DNA of 64,000 bases from assembly GCA_002633005.1 (NCBI GenBank), contig NMRA01000128.1, positions 731,482 through 795,481 of the forward strand, given 5' to 3'. This DNA comes from Phoronis australis. Taxonomy: Eukaryota; Animalia; Phoronida. Of this stretch, positions 49,801-61,200 are shown one piece after another (positions within the stretch are counted from its first letter, which is position 1; every line of letters begins with the position of its first letter). The notes under the pieces were generated by a model. It did no database searches, was not told the origin of the DNA, and worked only from the letters and a program-made list of their open reading frames with translations. The position numbers were made by a program, and so were the translations under genes.

Positions 49801-51350
49801 TCGTCTCTCTACCGGATTTCCAAGGAGCACTGGAATCAGACGATAGTCGCCCTTGTGTACAACGTGTTAAAAACCTTCATGGAGATGAACGGGAAGTTGT
49901 TTGATGAACTAACATCTAACTACAAGTCTGATAGGCAAAAGTAAGTCTATGTGTATTGGTTAAAATGTACATCTTAGTAGAGTAAATATTAGAGATCTTT
50001 AGATTATTTGACAAGTTTTTGGACTGAAAATGTAATAAATTTTCTGGAACACCATTATGAGAAATTCTTTCACTTTGTAAGTGACTTGTGTCTAAGTGCT
50101 GAAGTGAAAAACTTGCTGTCTCAAGTAAAAGACACATTTTAGAACACATTTTTGATTAGTGCTTCAAAAGGTATTCTATTTTACTGTGAAAACAACCATC
50201 TATTACCTATTTTTGAACTCGAGTGTCAAAATGAAACTACATTGCATAGATGACTTTCAGTGTTATGATACGTCACACGCAACTGAAATCTGTTGTTTAC
50301 AGTGCTTTTTTCTTGTGTGTTATGAAAACACATTTTATTGCACTTAGAGTAAGTTTTGTTCAAGGTATGTGTTGCTCTTGTTTATAGTTTCTTAATCAGT
50401 TGTTTTTTTTCACTGCATTTACACTCATATCTGTTAGTGACAAATTAGTATTTTATGCTCATTAAGTTGATGGTTTGTACTCTGAAACCAAAAGATTTAA
50501 ACATCTTGATTATGCAGGGTGATCTTAAAGTGTTTATATGAACATCATATGCATTCACTGGTCGTGACTTAAAGTCGGTGTTGTTGGCAGGGAAGGCACT
50601 TAAAACATTGTGGTACCTTGTGTTCAGAGCAAATAAAAAGCTTAAATTCAAAAACTTCTTGTTCATGTTAAAATGAAATATTACTGGTTGTCAGTGTTTC
50701 TAGGTCCATAATTTTTGTCACTGTGGCACGTGTTTACTTTTATGACCCGCTTCTTTTGCTTGGTGTGGACTGAAGAACTGTTGACATACATTTGATTGAC
50801 TTGGCTTGTGTTCATAACAGTCCAACTAGAGCTCTAACTTTAATTATCTAAATAGCCCTGCAGTATGTATCAGATTATTAATAGGGGAGTGGAATATGTG
50901 ACTTGAGATTATGGAGTATCAGTATCTGCATCATTCTATATCATTAGCCTAAGCAGCACAGGCCTTTCTGTACCGTATTTATACTACATGATAAATGAGT
51001 ATAACACACTTGAAATGAATTGGAAGTAGTGCAGTAACAGCATTTGTGCATTTAAAATGTCAGGTTTTATTTGATGGGACCAGTTGGACTTATGCAAATT
51101 GGGTGACGGGTAATTTAGGTGGGTGGCTACTTTGTATAATAATTAAAAGATGGGTGGTGGGTAAGGAAAAGAACAAAAATAGGAGTTGGGGTAAAAAATA
51201 GCTCCCTCTGTGGATATTGCTAGAACAGCTATTTTTCACTTGGATGTTTCCATTTTATTTTACAGAGAAAAGAAAAAAGAAAAACAGAGGGAAGAGTTGT
51301 GGAAAAGTTTGGAAAAAGTTCACCTTATAAACTCTGCTAAAGCCAAATAA
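13685..51350 (+). CDS. PPP2R5E: PP2A 56-kDa regulatory subunit B56/B' (alpha/beta/epsilon, widerborst clade), 457 aa, 11 exons
   Basis: Exons 13685-13826, 28256-28452, 42874-42975, 43378-43470, 44708-44838, 45079-45138, 46837-46945, 48344-48448, 48987-49106, 49711-49940 and 51266-51350 total 1374 nt. Motifs are [54 protein letters not shown] and [14 protein letters not shown]. The DPFS..SQGSS N-terminus, KTCSQKE and [10 protein letters not shown] place it in the alpha/epsilon clade; the vertebrate paralog letter is not resolvable. Confidence 0.95.
14336..14546. repeat. Minisatellite, 5 x 41 bp
   Basis: aaatagcctgcagttccacctagttataatactaccaactc at 14336, 14377, 14418, 14459 and 14500. Confidence 0.95.
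15166..15573. mobile_element. Putative MITE with about 23-bp imperfect TIRs
   Basis: agactgcaaaaccaaatggctgg / ccggccaatgggttttgcagtct; no clear TSD. Confidence 0.5.
16410..17060 (+). mobile_element. Old Helentron/DINE-like core-repeat relic
   Basis: Recurring diverged units such as gattttctcaaaaaccgct, cagatttt and gatttcatgaaatttggca resemble the core of the Helentron-like elements elsewhere in the window; ends not identifiable. Confidence 0.4.
18037..18125. repeat. Tandem repeat, 3 x 29 bp
   Basis: tgacttgtgtgatgtccatctcttgccaa at 18037, 18066 and 18095. Confidence 0.9.
19150..19305 (-). pseudogene. Degraded THAP-domain N-terminus (transposon relic)
   Basis: [11 protein letters not shown]...[11 protein letters not shown]...(W/R)ENF, frameshifted, fits the THAP pattern CxxxC...FP...W...RENF. 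Confidence 0.4.
20186..20698. repeat. Minisatellite, about 16 x 32 bp
   Basis: tttacccttgtggtgcactatgtactgtccca repeated head-to-tail with no spacers; generates three spurious ORFs. Confidence 0.95.
21020..24241. mobile_element. Non-autonomous Tc1/mariner-pogo-type transposon (3.2 kb)
   Basis: Perfect 24-bp TIRs CCGTAAACGTTCGGGTTAACGCCC; TA TSD at 21018-21019 and 24242-24243; multiple subterminal TTAA(C/G)CGCCCA motifs at both ends; no intact transposase. Confidence 0.9.
24690..25140 (+). mobile_element. Harbinger-like MITE family, copy A (diverged)
   Basis: Colinear with 25312-25806 and 37400-37903; ends gatgttagtatgaaagggtcc. Confidence 0.65.
25312..25806 (+). mobile_element. Harbinger-like MITE family, copy B
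   Basis: TIRs ggccctttcagtct / agtatgaaagggct; interior rich in GTTAAC. Confidence 0.7.
28256..28452 (+). CDS. PPP2R5E: PPP2R5 exon 2
   Basis: [19 protein letters not shown]...YPEVIKL; tttcag / gtgagt. Confidence 0.95.
29335..32042 (-). mobile_element. Internally deleted P-superfamily transposon (2.7 kb) with THAP relic
   Basis: 30-bp TIRs CAAGGAGTGTACGAGTATAGGAGAGTTCAC (2 mismatches); perfect 7-bp TSD cttagac at 29328-29334 and 32043-32049; CA..TG termini; THAP exons inside. Confidence 0.88.
31070..31933 (-). pseudogene. Spliced THAP-domain transposase pseudogene (exons 31933-31836 and 31252-~31070)
   Basis: [32 protein letters not shown]|CKHW...[15 protein letters not shown]...VFDVPSPP with a GT-AG intron, a nonsense codon and frameshifts. 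Confidence 0.85.
34512..35446 (+). mobile_element. Helentron/DINE-like non-autonomous element, 5'-truncated copy
   Basis: Closely similar to the 3' part of 45241-46776; ends in subTIR tgtgggcgcat plus hairpin caacgctctgcgttg. Confidence 0.85.
35447..35910. mobile_element. Right end of a second pogo/Tc1-like element
   Basis: Ends ...cagagcgcttattaggacgaatacgg|ta (TACCGTA-type TIR) with subterminal taataagtgccc; left end not found. Confidence 0.5.
37400..37903 (+). mobile_element. Harbinger-like MITE family, copy C (nested in Kolobok; repeated at 38819-39274)
   Basis: Ends gttagtatgaaaggccc|tta; colinear with copies A and B. Confidence 0.7.
38176..38463 (-). pseudogene. THAP zinc-finger N-terminus of a Kolobok transposase (truncated)
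   Basis: [11 protein letters not shown]...[16 protein letters not shown]...LRVCGRHF = C2CH THAP signature. Confidence 0.85.
39547..39834 (-). pseudogene. Second copy of the THAP ORF (in duplicated segment)
   Basis: Identical to 38176-38463 except one S-to-N change; offset 1371 bp. Confidence 0.75.
42121..42480. other. Assembly gap (360 N)
   Basis: Run of n. Confidence 1.
42874..42975 (+). CDS. PPP2R5E: PPP2R5 exon 3
   Basis: [11 protein letters not shown]...SWPHLQ. Confidence 0.95.
43378..43470 (+). CDS. PPP2R5E: PPP2R5 exon 4
   Basis: [12 protein letters not shown]...QRFVLQ. Confidence 0.95.
44708..44838 (+). CDS. PPP2R5E: PPP2R5 exon 5
   Basis: [18 protein letters not shown]...NNLFLR. 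Confidence 0.95.
45079..45138 (+). CDS. PPP2R5E: PPP2R5 exon 6
   Basis: [20 protein letters not shown]. Confidence 0.95.
45241..46776 (+). mobile_element. Helentron/DINE-like (HINE) non-autonomous element, full length, in PPP2R5 intron 6
   Basis: T-rich insertion site; 5' subTIR atgcgcccaca (45244) with adjacent inverted repeat atatgtggacgcat; GTCC microsatellite; about 150-bp core repeats; 3' subTIR tgtgggcgcat (46739) plus stem-loop caacgc-tct-gcgttg and a T tail. Confidence 0.88.
46837..46945 (+). CDS. PPP2R5E: PPP2R5 exon 7
   Basis: [14 protein letters not shown]...YHAQ. Confidence 0.95.
48344..48448 (+). CDS. PPP2R5E: PPP2R5 exon 8
   Basis: [12 protein letters not shown]...WPKTCSQKE. 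Confidence 0.95.
48519..48720 (+). mobile_element. Short degenerate 5' fragment of the Helentron/DINE-like family
   Basis: atgcacc..ggtgcattatgcc hairpin, ttcatgaaacttt, gtgtgcccactagtg, tttacgtttgcctctgtatct. Confidence 0.55.
48987..49106 (+). CDS. PPP2R5E: PPP2R5 exon 9
   Basis: [16 protein letters not shown]...SSNHFQ. Confidence 0.95.
49711..49940 (+). CDS. PPP2R5E: PPP2R5 exon 10
   Basis: [14 protein letters not shown]...YKSDRQK. Confidence 0.95.
51266..51350 (+). CDS. PPP2R5E: PPP2R5 terminal coding exon
   Basis: [27 protein letters not shown]; acceptor ttttacag. Confidence 0.9.
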
Positions 51351-53574
51351 CCTCTTTCTCGCTCATATTAGCTGACTTGCATAATGTGCTAGTTATCAGG
51401 GTTATGTATTCAACTGTGCTGTAGTCTTGGAAAATGAACTGGCTCGGTGTAACATCAAGAAGCACAGGAAAAGAAGAACAAGTCTGGGATAACCCACAGA
51501 GGCACATGACTGGTGTGAGGTATTTGTGTACCTGATTATGTAGAAAATGAGAAATCTTCAAGCTACTGTCACTCACTTTTGTTCCAAATTAAAAAGTTTT
51601 GTTCTTTGGAATAATCGCATTAACTTGCATGTTCTATTGTTTTCTTTAGTCATGTCTCGCGGAAGTACACAGTGTTCTCTTACATTATGCAGGCCAGTGG
51701 TCATTCTCGGCCAGATACTAACTTATTCAAACTGACCACAGTGTAGCATAAAGAAGTCAAAGGCTCGAGAGCCTCTGTGCAAAACAGCATGTTTATATAC
51801 AAGTTGGAGTTGTTTGTGTGTCTATATATCTCCTAATCCAGATCTCTATCCCATGTGCTATTCTGTACTGACAGTTGAGTGTTCAAAATGAGCTACCCTC
51901 TACTGACAGTCAGGTGTTCAGAAAAATATTAAGGCGTTTGGTGTAGGCATGTTAATAGGCCTAAATTCTGGACCTGTGTGGCTTGTAGGCTACTTTGAGC
52001 AAAAATATTTCCTCCGTTCTGATGACCCCATTAAAACGGCCAGTTGTGTTGCTAGTAACGACCGTTGAAGATTTTTGTTAGTGAAGCAAGTGTTATTTGT
52101 TTTCAAATAATGCGGTACATGTTACTGTTGCATAACTAGAACTGGTGTTCAATTCAGTTCCCTTAGAAAATGTCCGTCTGTCAGCCCGCCAGTGACCCTA
52201 GTCAGACATTTCTAGAGGAATTTTAGCAACGCTTCTTAAGCTTCATATGTAAATAATTCAGTCTGATGAATTTTTGTATTGCTTGTTGTTTGTTGAGTAT
52301 GAAAGGTGAAATTTTTGGAAATAGCATGAAAACTTAGACATGGTATTTAGTGACTTGTAAACCAAATCAGTTGTATTATACAATGTACGAGTATTCGGTG
52401 AAAAATTTTAGGGACTGTCATTTTATTGTGTAGTTTGTGTAAATTGCGTTAAAATATCCCATAAGATTATTTTGTAAACATTAAAGCATTCACAGTAAAT
52501 TGAGGAGTCTGTTCTGTATTTTAGTGTACAATAATAATAAGTTCAAATCCTGAACATGTTCAATTTGATCACTCTGCAGCATCACAAAGAAATCTCTGAT
52601 ACCAGATAAGGACCATGTGTCTTTCAATAGTTTCATTTGGCTTGTATTTTTCATTGTAACCATCAGCTGTTTCCATAAATGAGTAAGGGGGAAAATGCTT
52701 ACTGGGGATTTTCCAAACAATGTCTTGTCATTACTTCAAAAAAGTTGATTTTTGCAAGAAAAGGGTATTTTCACATCATTTTTGGCATGTCCATGCACGT
52801 AGCCAAATATCAACAAAAGTATACTAGAATTAACTCAGTTAAACTACTGTAATATATTGGGATGTCTTCAGTAAAAACAAGTCGATTGGTTTGCCAATTG
52901 GGAGACGATAAGAGTTAGACGTACCATGTATAATTCATTTTTATAAACTGGAGTCTTGCTGACATCCCCAAAGCCTCATGACATGACAAGTAACAGGATG
53001 CCCGAACAACACAGCTCATGGGTCTATTAACTGTGCATGGCTTGGCAAAGAGTCTGAGAGCCATATTTAAAATTGCCGAAGCCATGTTTGCTGTCCACCA
53101 CCCATGTTTCTCAGTGGATGTGAATCCAGGAGCCATGCTTTTTGAGTAACAAGTGCTTTGCAAGTGTAGGCCCATACTTGCGAGTCACTGAACTGAGTTT
53201 ATTGCTTGGTGAGCCGTATTGAAATGATAAATGTGTTGAGTTGCGTTGTTTGGGTAGCTTGTGTTAGGTGTGGCAGGATGAGTGTATTGTAAATGAGTTT
53301 AATGGATGGAAGGTAAGGTGTCAAGTGTACAAAACTTCCAAGAGGACATTTTAAACCAGGAACGTAATATTTTGATGACAGAACTTTGGTTCAAAGTTCA
53401 AGTGCTCATTCAAGTATCTCATTCACCGTTCTGCCCAGGAAGTGAATTTTTCATTTAGACCATTTACCGATATAAAATTGGTGTCGGCTTCTTCTTTACT
53501 TAAATTAGAAGTTCTGGGTTTCCAATGAACTGACAAATCGATATTCCTGGAGGTCATAATAAAATTGACAGGCG

Positions 53575-53664
53575 GTGACTAGCCAACCTGTAGTCTTGCC
53601 TCAACCAGTAATGAACAGGCTGTGACCAGCCAAGCTGTAGTCTTGCCTCAACCAATAATGAACT
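53575..53664. repeat. Tandem duplication, 2 x 47 bp
   Basis: gtgactagccaacctgtagtcttgcctcaaccagtaatgaac repeated at 53622. Confidence 0.85.
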
Positions 53665-55153
53665 GTTAGGTCTTTGGAAGCCCTCAATTCACTTCCTATT
53701 TCACTAAGGAACAATTTGTGACCATTTTTTTTGGTGAGAGGTGGAGTTCTGTTATTCTGCTGAAAGGCTGGTTTATTGTCAGTCTCTTTAAATAAAAATG
53801 TGCACAACAGCATTTAAAACGAGATTTGATGTGTAAGAAGCCCAGTTTCCCACCCTGCTACAAATCTCATCTGAACCTAGTTGGTCATTCCATGACACTA
53901 TAACATGCCTAGTCTAAAATGCTCAATCACTTGTGTTCCATTCCACAGGCGCCAAGTACACACACTGACACAGTAACAGCAGTCTTCCGTTTCAACAAAC
54001 GTTTTAGACATGTCACAGGATGCCGTTACAATGTTGTGCTGAACAATGAGGATACTAGGAACGCGTAGAGTTTGTTGATTTTTGCAGTCACTTGTTTTGT
54101 TCCAGTTTGAAGTAAACATTTTTTCACTGCGTGTGATCACAGCATGTCTTTCATTATGGAATAGCATTGACACTGTCTTATTAAATATTGTTTATTGCAC
54201 TCCTTTAAATTGTATTTTTTCACATTCTTCATTAATGTTTATTGAACAACCGTTTTTAAGAAACAGCTGAAAACATTGACTATTATGCCATTTTGATGAT
54301 CATGTACTGCCAGTTTCTGAAAGAGCCAGCTACTTTTCCCAAAAACCTGCAGGAGGCTGTTTTGGAACTGTACATTTTCCCTGAGGTGATTTTGAATGCA
54401 CGAAAGCTCCCCTAGGTTTCTTTTGGAAAAAAGTGCCATTCTCTTTCTGACAGTTGTGATGCTTACTTCAGCCCCCTGGTCTGTCATGGACTTGAAATTC
54501 AACCATACATCACCTTGTCAGCAGCTATGCTTCTCAAAGAGAAGTTTGGCAATAATTTGTAGACAGGCGATCAGTTTGAAAAGTTTGATCCTTTAGGGAC
54601 AAAAATGTGAAATATTAATGTAACACTGTCCACATCTTCCATATACTTGTCCTGTAGTATACAAAGTGCACCACAAGGGTGTCTTCATACCTTTTATACC
54701 CCCATGAGGGGATCTTTCTTGGTGAAGGCTCTAAAAGTCTTTTAGTTAAAACATCTTCCAAACCCTATCACAAGAATAACAGAACACTGTAATGACTACC
54801 AGCACCAGATATACAACTCGACTATCACCAGAATTAAGAACCTATAAAGAAACAACCCAATGGGTAATATAGTACCAACAAAGCTAACGAGGTGAAATGC
54901 TATTTGATTGAGTTTGCCAAAATGAGAAGTCACTGTCGGTCACTTTCCGTGTCAGAATTCAGTGTCATGACCAGAAAACGGCATCAATCTGATGATTGTT
55001 GGCATGTACTACAGTTTCTAAAACTGGCTTCAGGTTGCAAAAATATAACGGCTAATATTAAGATATCATATCACAAAAGTTACAATACTAGCCCATCATT
55101 TTTTCGCTCGTCTCCCACATGTTAATGTCCACTGACCATCGTGAATGTATGGC

Positions 55154-55298
55154 CTATAGTTTTGCTTGAGGTGGTATCTTGCGTCCCTCTGCAGCAAACT
55201 GCACCACGGAAATGGTAGGCAATGCACAGAGACTACCCAACTGATCGCTGATCTTGGACACGACCAATGGATGGGGGTAAGCATAATCATCACCAATT
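55154..55298 (-). CDS. GNPAT: GNPAT terminal exon ending IPPQAKL* (PTS1)
   Basis: Acceptor CCTTTCAG, phase 2 matches the previous exon; stop TAG at 55154-55156. Confidence 0.9.
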
Positions 55299-58200
55299 CT
55301 GAAAGGAAAAGTGTATTAGCTGGAGTTGAAATATCTTACAACTTTTGACAGTGAACCACAATTATTGTTTGGACTTCTTCTTATGAACTTCCAAAATATT
55401 TGCCATTTTAAAAACTGGAGAGGAGCGGACCAAAATACCACAATCGATAAGAAAACCGCACTCCTGAAACATTATTTTCATGGATAACTGTGAAATCTCA
55501 GTGTGAACAGACAAGGCAATTCACATACCTTGTAACCATACTTGTTCTATAACAAGGACATAAAAAATTGAGAATTGAACATTCATTTGAGGACTCCTTT
55601 GGCTTAACTGCATTGATATCATCAAGGTCATAAACATAGCAAATGCATTGTTTGCCGTTCGTACGTAAGAAATTATTGTATTTTGGGAAACAAAATTTTC
55701 CACATACGTGCATTCACAAGTAGCATTCGTACTTAGTGAAGAGTCACAAACGACCAAAACGTACAATAAGTAAACACTTCCCCATGGCTATACAGTGGAT
55801 GAATTGAAGCTTACACGTGTCATTTTGCTTAATGAACTGCTTCGTTTTTATTTCATCATAATTTGAAGTGTGCCAGTTTTGACCAGCAGCGTTTATGTAA
55901 TATAGTTTTAACAGAACTAAAACATCTCATTTGCAAAATTGGGAGTAGCATTTAGTCAAACCTTCAGATAATATTTCCCCATACTTGAGGCACAGTTAAA
56001 TGGACACTATTAGTTTTAAAGCCCAAAAACATTTTTGGGATTTGTGGTAAAAAATAATTGCAGGCAGTCTGCGCAGTGAGACCATTGCACTGATCACCTG
56101 GAACCATTTTTGTGCTTTATTAATACATGTAGTTAAAACAAAGCTGAGGAGCTAGAGACCTGACTCAAGGGTCTAGCAGTGTGGCCCAGTGGGACTCGAA
56201 CCCACGACCTCGAGCGAGAAAGTGGGCATCTATCACAATAGGCCATAGTGCCTCCTCTGATTTGTTAGGTGGGGTAGACGTTTTGAAGTTATTAACATTG
56301 ACTAAAGCTATTAGGAAACCAAATCTGTAGTTTTGTGATTTTGTAACAAATCGCTAATTCTCTGTTTACTAGACATTCCCTGAAATCAAGGTTGGCTTAA
56401 AATAGTCTGCCACTTAAGTGGTGGGACTTGGCTCAGTGGCAGAGCAATTGGTTGCTTTTGTCCAGCTAGTGGGTTCGATTCGATACTACTGCTATTTCTG
56501 TAAAATTAAACCGTGTCAATATTTCAAGAAACCTCATCCTAACCACTATGTAAACTTCGAACATTTGAATTCAATTACCTTTCCACGATGCCACACCTGT
56601 TGTTATTAAACTATTAATATACAGCTGTTAATTAAAATGATTTAGTTACAAGTTCTGTGACAGTAAAATCATTATGGTGTTATATAAGTGTGGCTGTGAG
56701 GATTTGGTCGAAAAACAATGAACATTTACCTTTTATCTACAGTAATGGCCCCCATGTGCTTAAGACCTTTGAATGCATTGTTGATTATGTCAAGCGAGAG
56801 GGTCTCATAGTGCTTCACATAGCCCTGTTGTAACAGTCTCAGCGCCAGGGTCTGGCCCTCCATTGTCAACACTTTGGGTTTCTTGGCGCCAGGTCGGCCA
56901 ACTACAGTGCTGGGCAAGGACAGAAGGTACTGACAGAACACCTGAAAGGAGTCAACGATGATGTATTTTTTGTACAGAAACACACTTTGAATGAGTCACT
57001 GTTTGTAATGGGCAAAATATTCCCCTTGTTTACAAACGGAAGTCCACTAAATGTTTGTCCATAGACACAAGGCCAAGATTTTCAAGAGTTTAGGATGTTT
57101 CTGTGCTCCTCTATCATGATATTGGCTTCCAATAGAACATTTGTCACCTAATCAAAAATTATATTCTGTAGGCAAAAGAATATCCTTAAACTGCCTTAGA
57201 CAGCATACAGTGCTGAACAAACACCAAATAATTTCTTACCCAGTAACCAAGCAGAAACGGTTCAAACATCTGACTCAGGAATGTGGTATACTTGTTGATC
57301 GACTTGCCAACAATGACGGTGTCACCCTCTAGTGACAGACCACCCATATGCGTTAAATGCTGAATGGCACTATCAAAGTCCTATAATGCAAGAGGCAGAA
57401 CTCTTGGTCACAACAATGGAATTTCCATTCTACTCATTTATATGGATCGAAACCCACAAGGTGAAACTAAATAATGGAACCTAGTTTTGGAATACACTGG
57501 GCAGAAATAACATATCTGATGCTTGCCTATCTAGAGGTACTTTTTACAAACAGAGCTCATCAAACTTAAAGTGTTATTTAACCCGTGTTTTCTGTCAAAA
57601 AACAACTTTTGATTCAGCTCTCCTTTGATTAGAAAATTATTCTCGACATGTTCCTTAACAAGATTAGAAGGAATCCGTGTGTTGCAAAGAACTGACAATT
57701 CGTAATTCCTTCAAACCAAGGTCATCAAAATTTGAAAGAAAGCACAGATTTAATGATGCTTTGTAACATCAGATATTAAGATGGCAGGCATATGAGATGC
57801 ATAGAATAGTTAATTAGTTTCTTATGGCATATTGTCAACTAAAGGACTGGTGTCACTTAAAAGCATCAACAATGTCGCTAAGGTTTATTTACAAGACCCA
57901 AGAGAATGGTAATAGCAATGGAACAGAAAATTGAGCCTGTTGCTCAAGAAAGTGTCACTTGGTAATTAACATGGTTTGCCCATACAGGTGTGTTGAGGTA
58001 ACAGGTGGTAATGACTGATTATTTGTCACTACAGTGTTAAACACCTTTTATGTACCACGATATTACGCTAATCCAGGGCTGCCTTCCATAGAGGTGATAC
58101 ATTTAGGTGGTACTTGTGGCCAAAAAAAATGTTTATGGAATGGAAACAATGAAGTGTATCCCATAATTCAGTATGCCAACCTCGCCAACCAATCACTTCA

Positions 58201-61200
58201 ATGGATGCCATTTTGCTAGGACAAGCAAGTACACTTCGAGCATACTCACAAAATACTTCTTACATTCACAAAACTGCAGGTCTTGTGAGATCTTGCTTTC
58301 TTGAAAGAAACTTGATCTATGAAACTTAACACTGTACCAAGCTTCAGTCAGGTCCTTTTGTACAACATTATGGCCACATGGCCTGCTCAAATCTGATGAA
58401 ACACAAAACAAACTGTCTGCTTTGTCCTGATACTCACTTGTCTCACGCTGCCAGGTTGAAAAATGAACTCGTATTCAAACAGCTTGACTAAAAACTCATA
58501 ATGTTTGAAGATGTCATCTGAAAATAGAAACAAAATTATAATGGACTAACATTATTTGCAAAACCTAATAAATAATCTTACAGTTAGACAGCAATGTATA
58601 TGAAACACGTCTACAGTTGCAATTAGCTTACAGCAATGCACACAAAAGCACACTAAATGGCCTCAGCTTCAATCAGAATGAACAAGAGATCATGGATTAC
58701 ATCACACAAGAGGTACATTTTAGGAAGACCCATTCTTTCATCATGAACCATACTTTCAACAAGAGCAACGCAGAGTGTTGAAATGCACATACGAATGCAT
58801 TGCAAACTGTATGCTTCTAGGGGTGTTTCTTTATATCATAAAAATGGCCACTAGATGGCGCAAAATACGTCGAATCCATCCTAAAACTAGGAACATGGCA
58901 TCATTTCTTTAATAGAAAGCTATTTACCAAATTTCATAAACATCTGTCAAGGAACTTCAGAGAAACAAAGGAAAACGGAAAAAAATGAAATTGCCACTAG
59001 GGGGCACTGCGTTTGACAGATTCGTCTGAAAGTCGCTGTCGTCCGTTGTCAACTTCATACGAATACAATTGCTAAATTTAGTAATGATCCTGCAGTGTTT
59101 ATGAGATACAGCCATGGGTGCAAAAAATAACAAAAGTGCCACTAGGAGGTGCCACAGTAGTTGAAGTCATCGGAAAATCATCATCAGCTGTCCTCATCAT
59201 AGCAAGAACATACACGCTAATTTTCAAAATCATTCTTAAAGTGGTTTGGTTGATAGAGGGGTGGACGCCAAAAAAAAGTAAAAATGGACACTAGGTGGCG
59301 CAAAATACCTTGAATCAGTTCGAAAACCAGAGAATAGTATCATCTCACTAATAGATGCCTATATGCAATATTTTATGAAAATCCATTGAGGACCTTTGAA
59401 GATACTGAGGTAAACGTAAAAAACTAAAATTGCTACTAGGGGCACACCGGTTGCCAGATTCGCCAGAAAGTTTACTCCTGTCGTCCCATTCATAAAAGAA
59501 AAACATGTTCAAAATTTCATGAACATACATCAAAGGGTTTTGAAGATAGAGCAGTGGACGCCGGACACTGGACGCTGGACAGATGCTGGACGGACGCCGG
59601 ATGGAGGAACGGGAATGACTGCGTAATGCATCCGCATATAAATATGTGGGCGCATAAAAATTGATTTGCTTCTCTGTGTAGAAAACTTTCACCAAAATTT
59701 TTCTAAAATACTATAAAAGTGCACATAGGCCACAAATCCCCTCCCTCCCACGGTATGTTTTGTACATGCTTAGGTCTAAATAATGCTTCTTATGTCTTTG
59801 AGTGTATATTGAGACACCAAAGTCTTGGATACTACTCCAAAGAGACTTGTGCAGATAGACAAGATGCATGGTTTAAAAAATTCATCACTATGTGGTTTTC
59901 GCATAAAAACAAAAGGTGTTTTTAAGAGAGTTACGAAGCCAACAGACTCCATCTCACCTAACAGTACAGTGTCTTGTGATGATGCGTTGACAATGGTGGC
60001 TACAAAGCCAACCCGCACAAACACGTGCAACAACTGATTCCTGTACAAAGATACCATGACATCCGTGGCGGCATTGATGAACACAGAGTCTCTGACCATC
60101 GACTTATGAGTCTCAGTTGGAGGTTTGACTAGTTTCAGTTCAATGAAGTTGTCGGAAGATACCGTTAAAATGTTCATGTGAAGACTCAAACATGATTTGA
60201 TCACTTCTTCTGCCGACACATTTCCTGAAAAGCAGAAAATTGAATTTTAAAACCGTACACTACATATAATTAAATTCACAGTAATAGTGTTCAATGTTAT
60301 CATTACCATTATTAACTATCCTTCAGTTAAAATTTTCAAAATTTGAAAAGGCTATCATTTCTCAAAGCAAAACAAACTAAGCAATATCTATCCAAGTTGT
60401 GCTAACGCTTATGAAGTAACACTTCAGATTGTGCACTATTCCCATCTGTTTCAGATGCAACCCCCTGTACTTGCCCCCCCCCCAACCATCATCCCTGCAT
60501 CTTACCTGGCCAATCTACATAAGCACCCAAGTTAGACACCTGTCTCTTCAACCACTCCACTTCTTTAATCAATTGCTTCAGGTGTAACCCCTCTGTACTC
60601 TGCATTAGAACACAAGCTATCATCGCCCACGGTGATATGACCATGTGCTTCTGCTGGATCCGTTCAATATGGTGACCCAGATCCTTCATCAGCAGGTCTT
60701 CATCTGGGTTGTTCCCAACCATATACCTGAATGAATGAGTCAGAATGGTAATAACAACAGAATCATGATACACTGAACACCCCACGAGACCAAAAAGACT
60801 TTTTTACGCATCAGTCAAAGTGGTAAGTTTTAGAAAATGAAATGAAATGACACTGTACTTTAATTAAAATTGTTTTACTAAACATATTTTTAAAACAAAT
60901 TTTCGAACCATTAACATTTGACTTAATGGCTCAAATCTAGCTAAACCACCTAGTTCTAATTTTAAAGTAAGTTCAAATCACATCTGGCGAGTTGAACGGG
61001 ATAAATCATTTCCAACATATGCCCACGCCTCACTGAAAAAGATATATTTATACATACATCCGACATGTTTTGTTACATTCACCAACTCCAATCCCTTAAC
61101 TTTTTTTGCTTTGATTTCAATTAATTGAGTGTTAACTCGAGCAGACATGTGAATTCTCAAACAAGCAATTCAACTTTATAAAGCATCACAAAAATATGCT

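Noticed and set aside
56421-56492. Functional tRNA gene
   Set aside because: Only the D-arm pairs; the anticodon and T stems do not.
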